Assembly (NCBI GenBank): GCA_008632985.1
Contig: QPGO01000048.1
Span: forward strand, 124,001-188,000
Direction: 5' to 3'
Source: Psammoneis japonica
Taxonomy: Eukaryota
DNA: 64,000 nt
Shown here: in pieces, positions 62,950 to 64,000 of the stretch
Position numbering within the stretch: position 1 is the stretch's first letter
Layout: each line of letters opens with the position of its first letter
Program-made: the position numbers and the translations under genes
Notes under the pieces: model-generated
The model's input: only the letters and a program-made list of their open reading frames with translations
What the model was told of the DNA's origin: nothing
Databases searched by the model: none

Positions 62950-64000
62950 CAAAGAAAGGATGGCTACCCTCGGTGCAGCCACTGGGTGTTTTGTGGGCTT
63001 TGTTCTTTGACTTCAGTTCTACGCTGATGTCGATTGACCGACAGGAAACTTAGTGCAGTGGAACCCACACTGGAAACTAAGCAGCAATTCGAAGCCTCAA
63101 GAGATCATTCCAGCTTTTACAATGAACATCTCGTTTAGTGATCACAATGTCTGTTGTTGTTTTTTTGGTCATCGGTGCCCTCAGATGCACCCAGAGCTGC
63201 AGCACCGCCTTGTGGAAACACTGGTTGTAACAGTCACAACATTTCGGTTTCAAACTAGCTGGCACAAACTAGACTACAGGACGAATGAACTGCCATGACC
63301 CCTGCCCCCCCCACCCCCCTGGCAGCTTCTTGCCCCACGGATGTGTGAAATCGGCAACAACAACGTTCAGACAAGCGCTCACCAAGACACCGCAGCCAAA
63401 CTGTTGGAACATTTACTTGCATCTACGCTTTGGGTTTGGATTTGGTTGGAGGAGAGTGCTTCTGTTTTGTCATGTGGCTTTGCAGAGAAAGACCATGATG
63501 CATGATGCTGGCCTTGATTGCGTTGTTTGTGAGCGTCATTTTTTCACGTCCATCTTTGGCAGATCTGCACTGGCTGGCAGCTTTGCGTGCATTGCGTTGC
63601 CCTGCACGACATTTCAATCATGGAGTGATGAGGTGGCAGGACAACTTGAGCTTTGGTTCACCACTTGGCTCAGCAGAAATCAGTTGCCCTGAGACATGTT
63701 GCTCAGCAAATGATGGCTTGGTTTGCCAACTGCTGCTGTTTGCTTGTGGCGGTTCTCCTCCTGTCTTCCTTCATCACATGGCAAAAAAAGGCAAGTCTCA
63801 TCAAATTCCCTGGTCTCAGATTCTCAACTGCATCTGCCACCTCCCACTGCTTTCTTCATAATTTCCAGGTGCACATGTGCTCTTTGTGCTCCAGTGCATG
63901 ATGCCTGCAATGGCTTGGGCTGTTGACTGGGGTGTGGTCATGATCTGTGCTCATGACCTGGCTTCGAAACTCAATGAGCAGCAATCCCTGCAGTGGTTTG
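62950..64000. mobile_element. Start of a third TpA/CpG-depleted block
   Basis: TA and then CG are progressively lost towards the window end. Confidence 0.55.

Overview
Eukaryotic nuclear DNA, almost certainly from a diatom. The evidence is ~80-bp GT-AG introns, bipartite plastid-targeting peptides with an 'AF' motif, and a silicanin-like gene. Compact gene-dense islands (cpSRP54, allantoinase, peptide deformylase, PGES2, METTL5, a head-to-head pair of HMG-box paralogues, DHFR-like, xylulokinase, C2/U-box, ABCE1, TspO, TVP38, a kinase, silicanin-like, BioD-like) alternate with heavily mutated repeat blocks (~10.6-22.9 kb, ~42.9-52.6 kb, >62.9 kb) and a decayed SNAPC1-like/DIS3 segment. Main points of interest: (1) a ~5-kb TIR-bounded ISL2EU/Harbinger-type DNA transposon whose accessory gene is an Exo1/XPG nuclease-SAP-SWIM fusion instead of the usual YqaJ exonuclease; (2) a repeat-restricted mutational signature that removes TpA (to TpG/CpA, Tyr to Cys/His), visibly ahead of CpG loss; (3) opposite, TAG/CTA-rich tracts in spacers between co-oriented genes; (4) the divergent HMG-box paralogue pair; (5) a possible intronic C/D snoRNA in ABCE1. 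Exon boundaries and family calls were made by eye and no searches were run.
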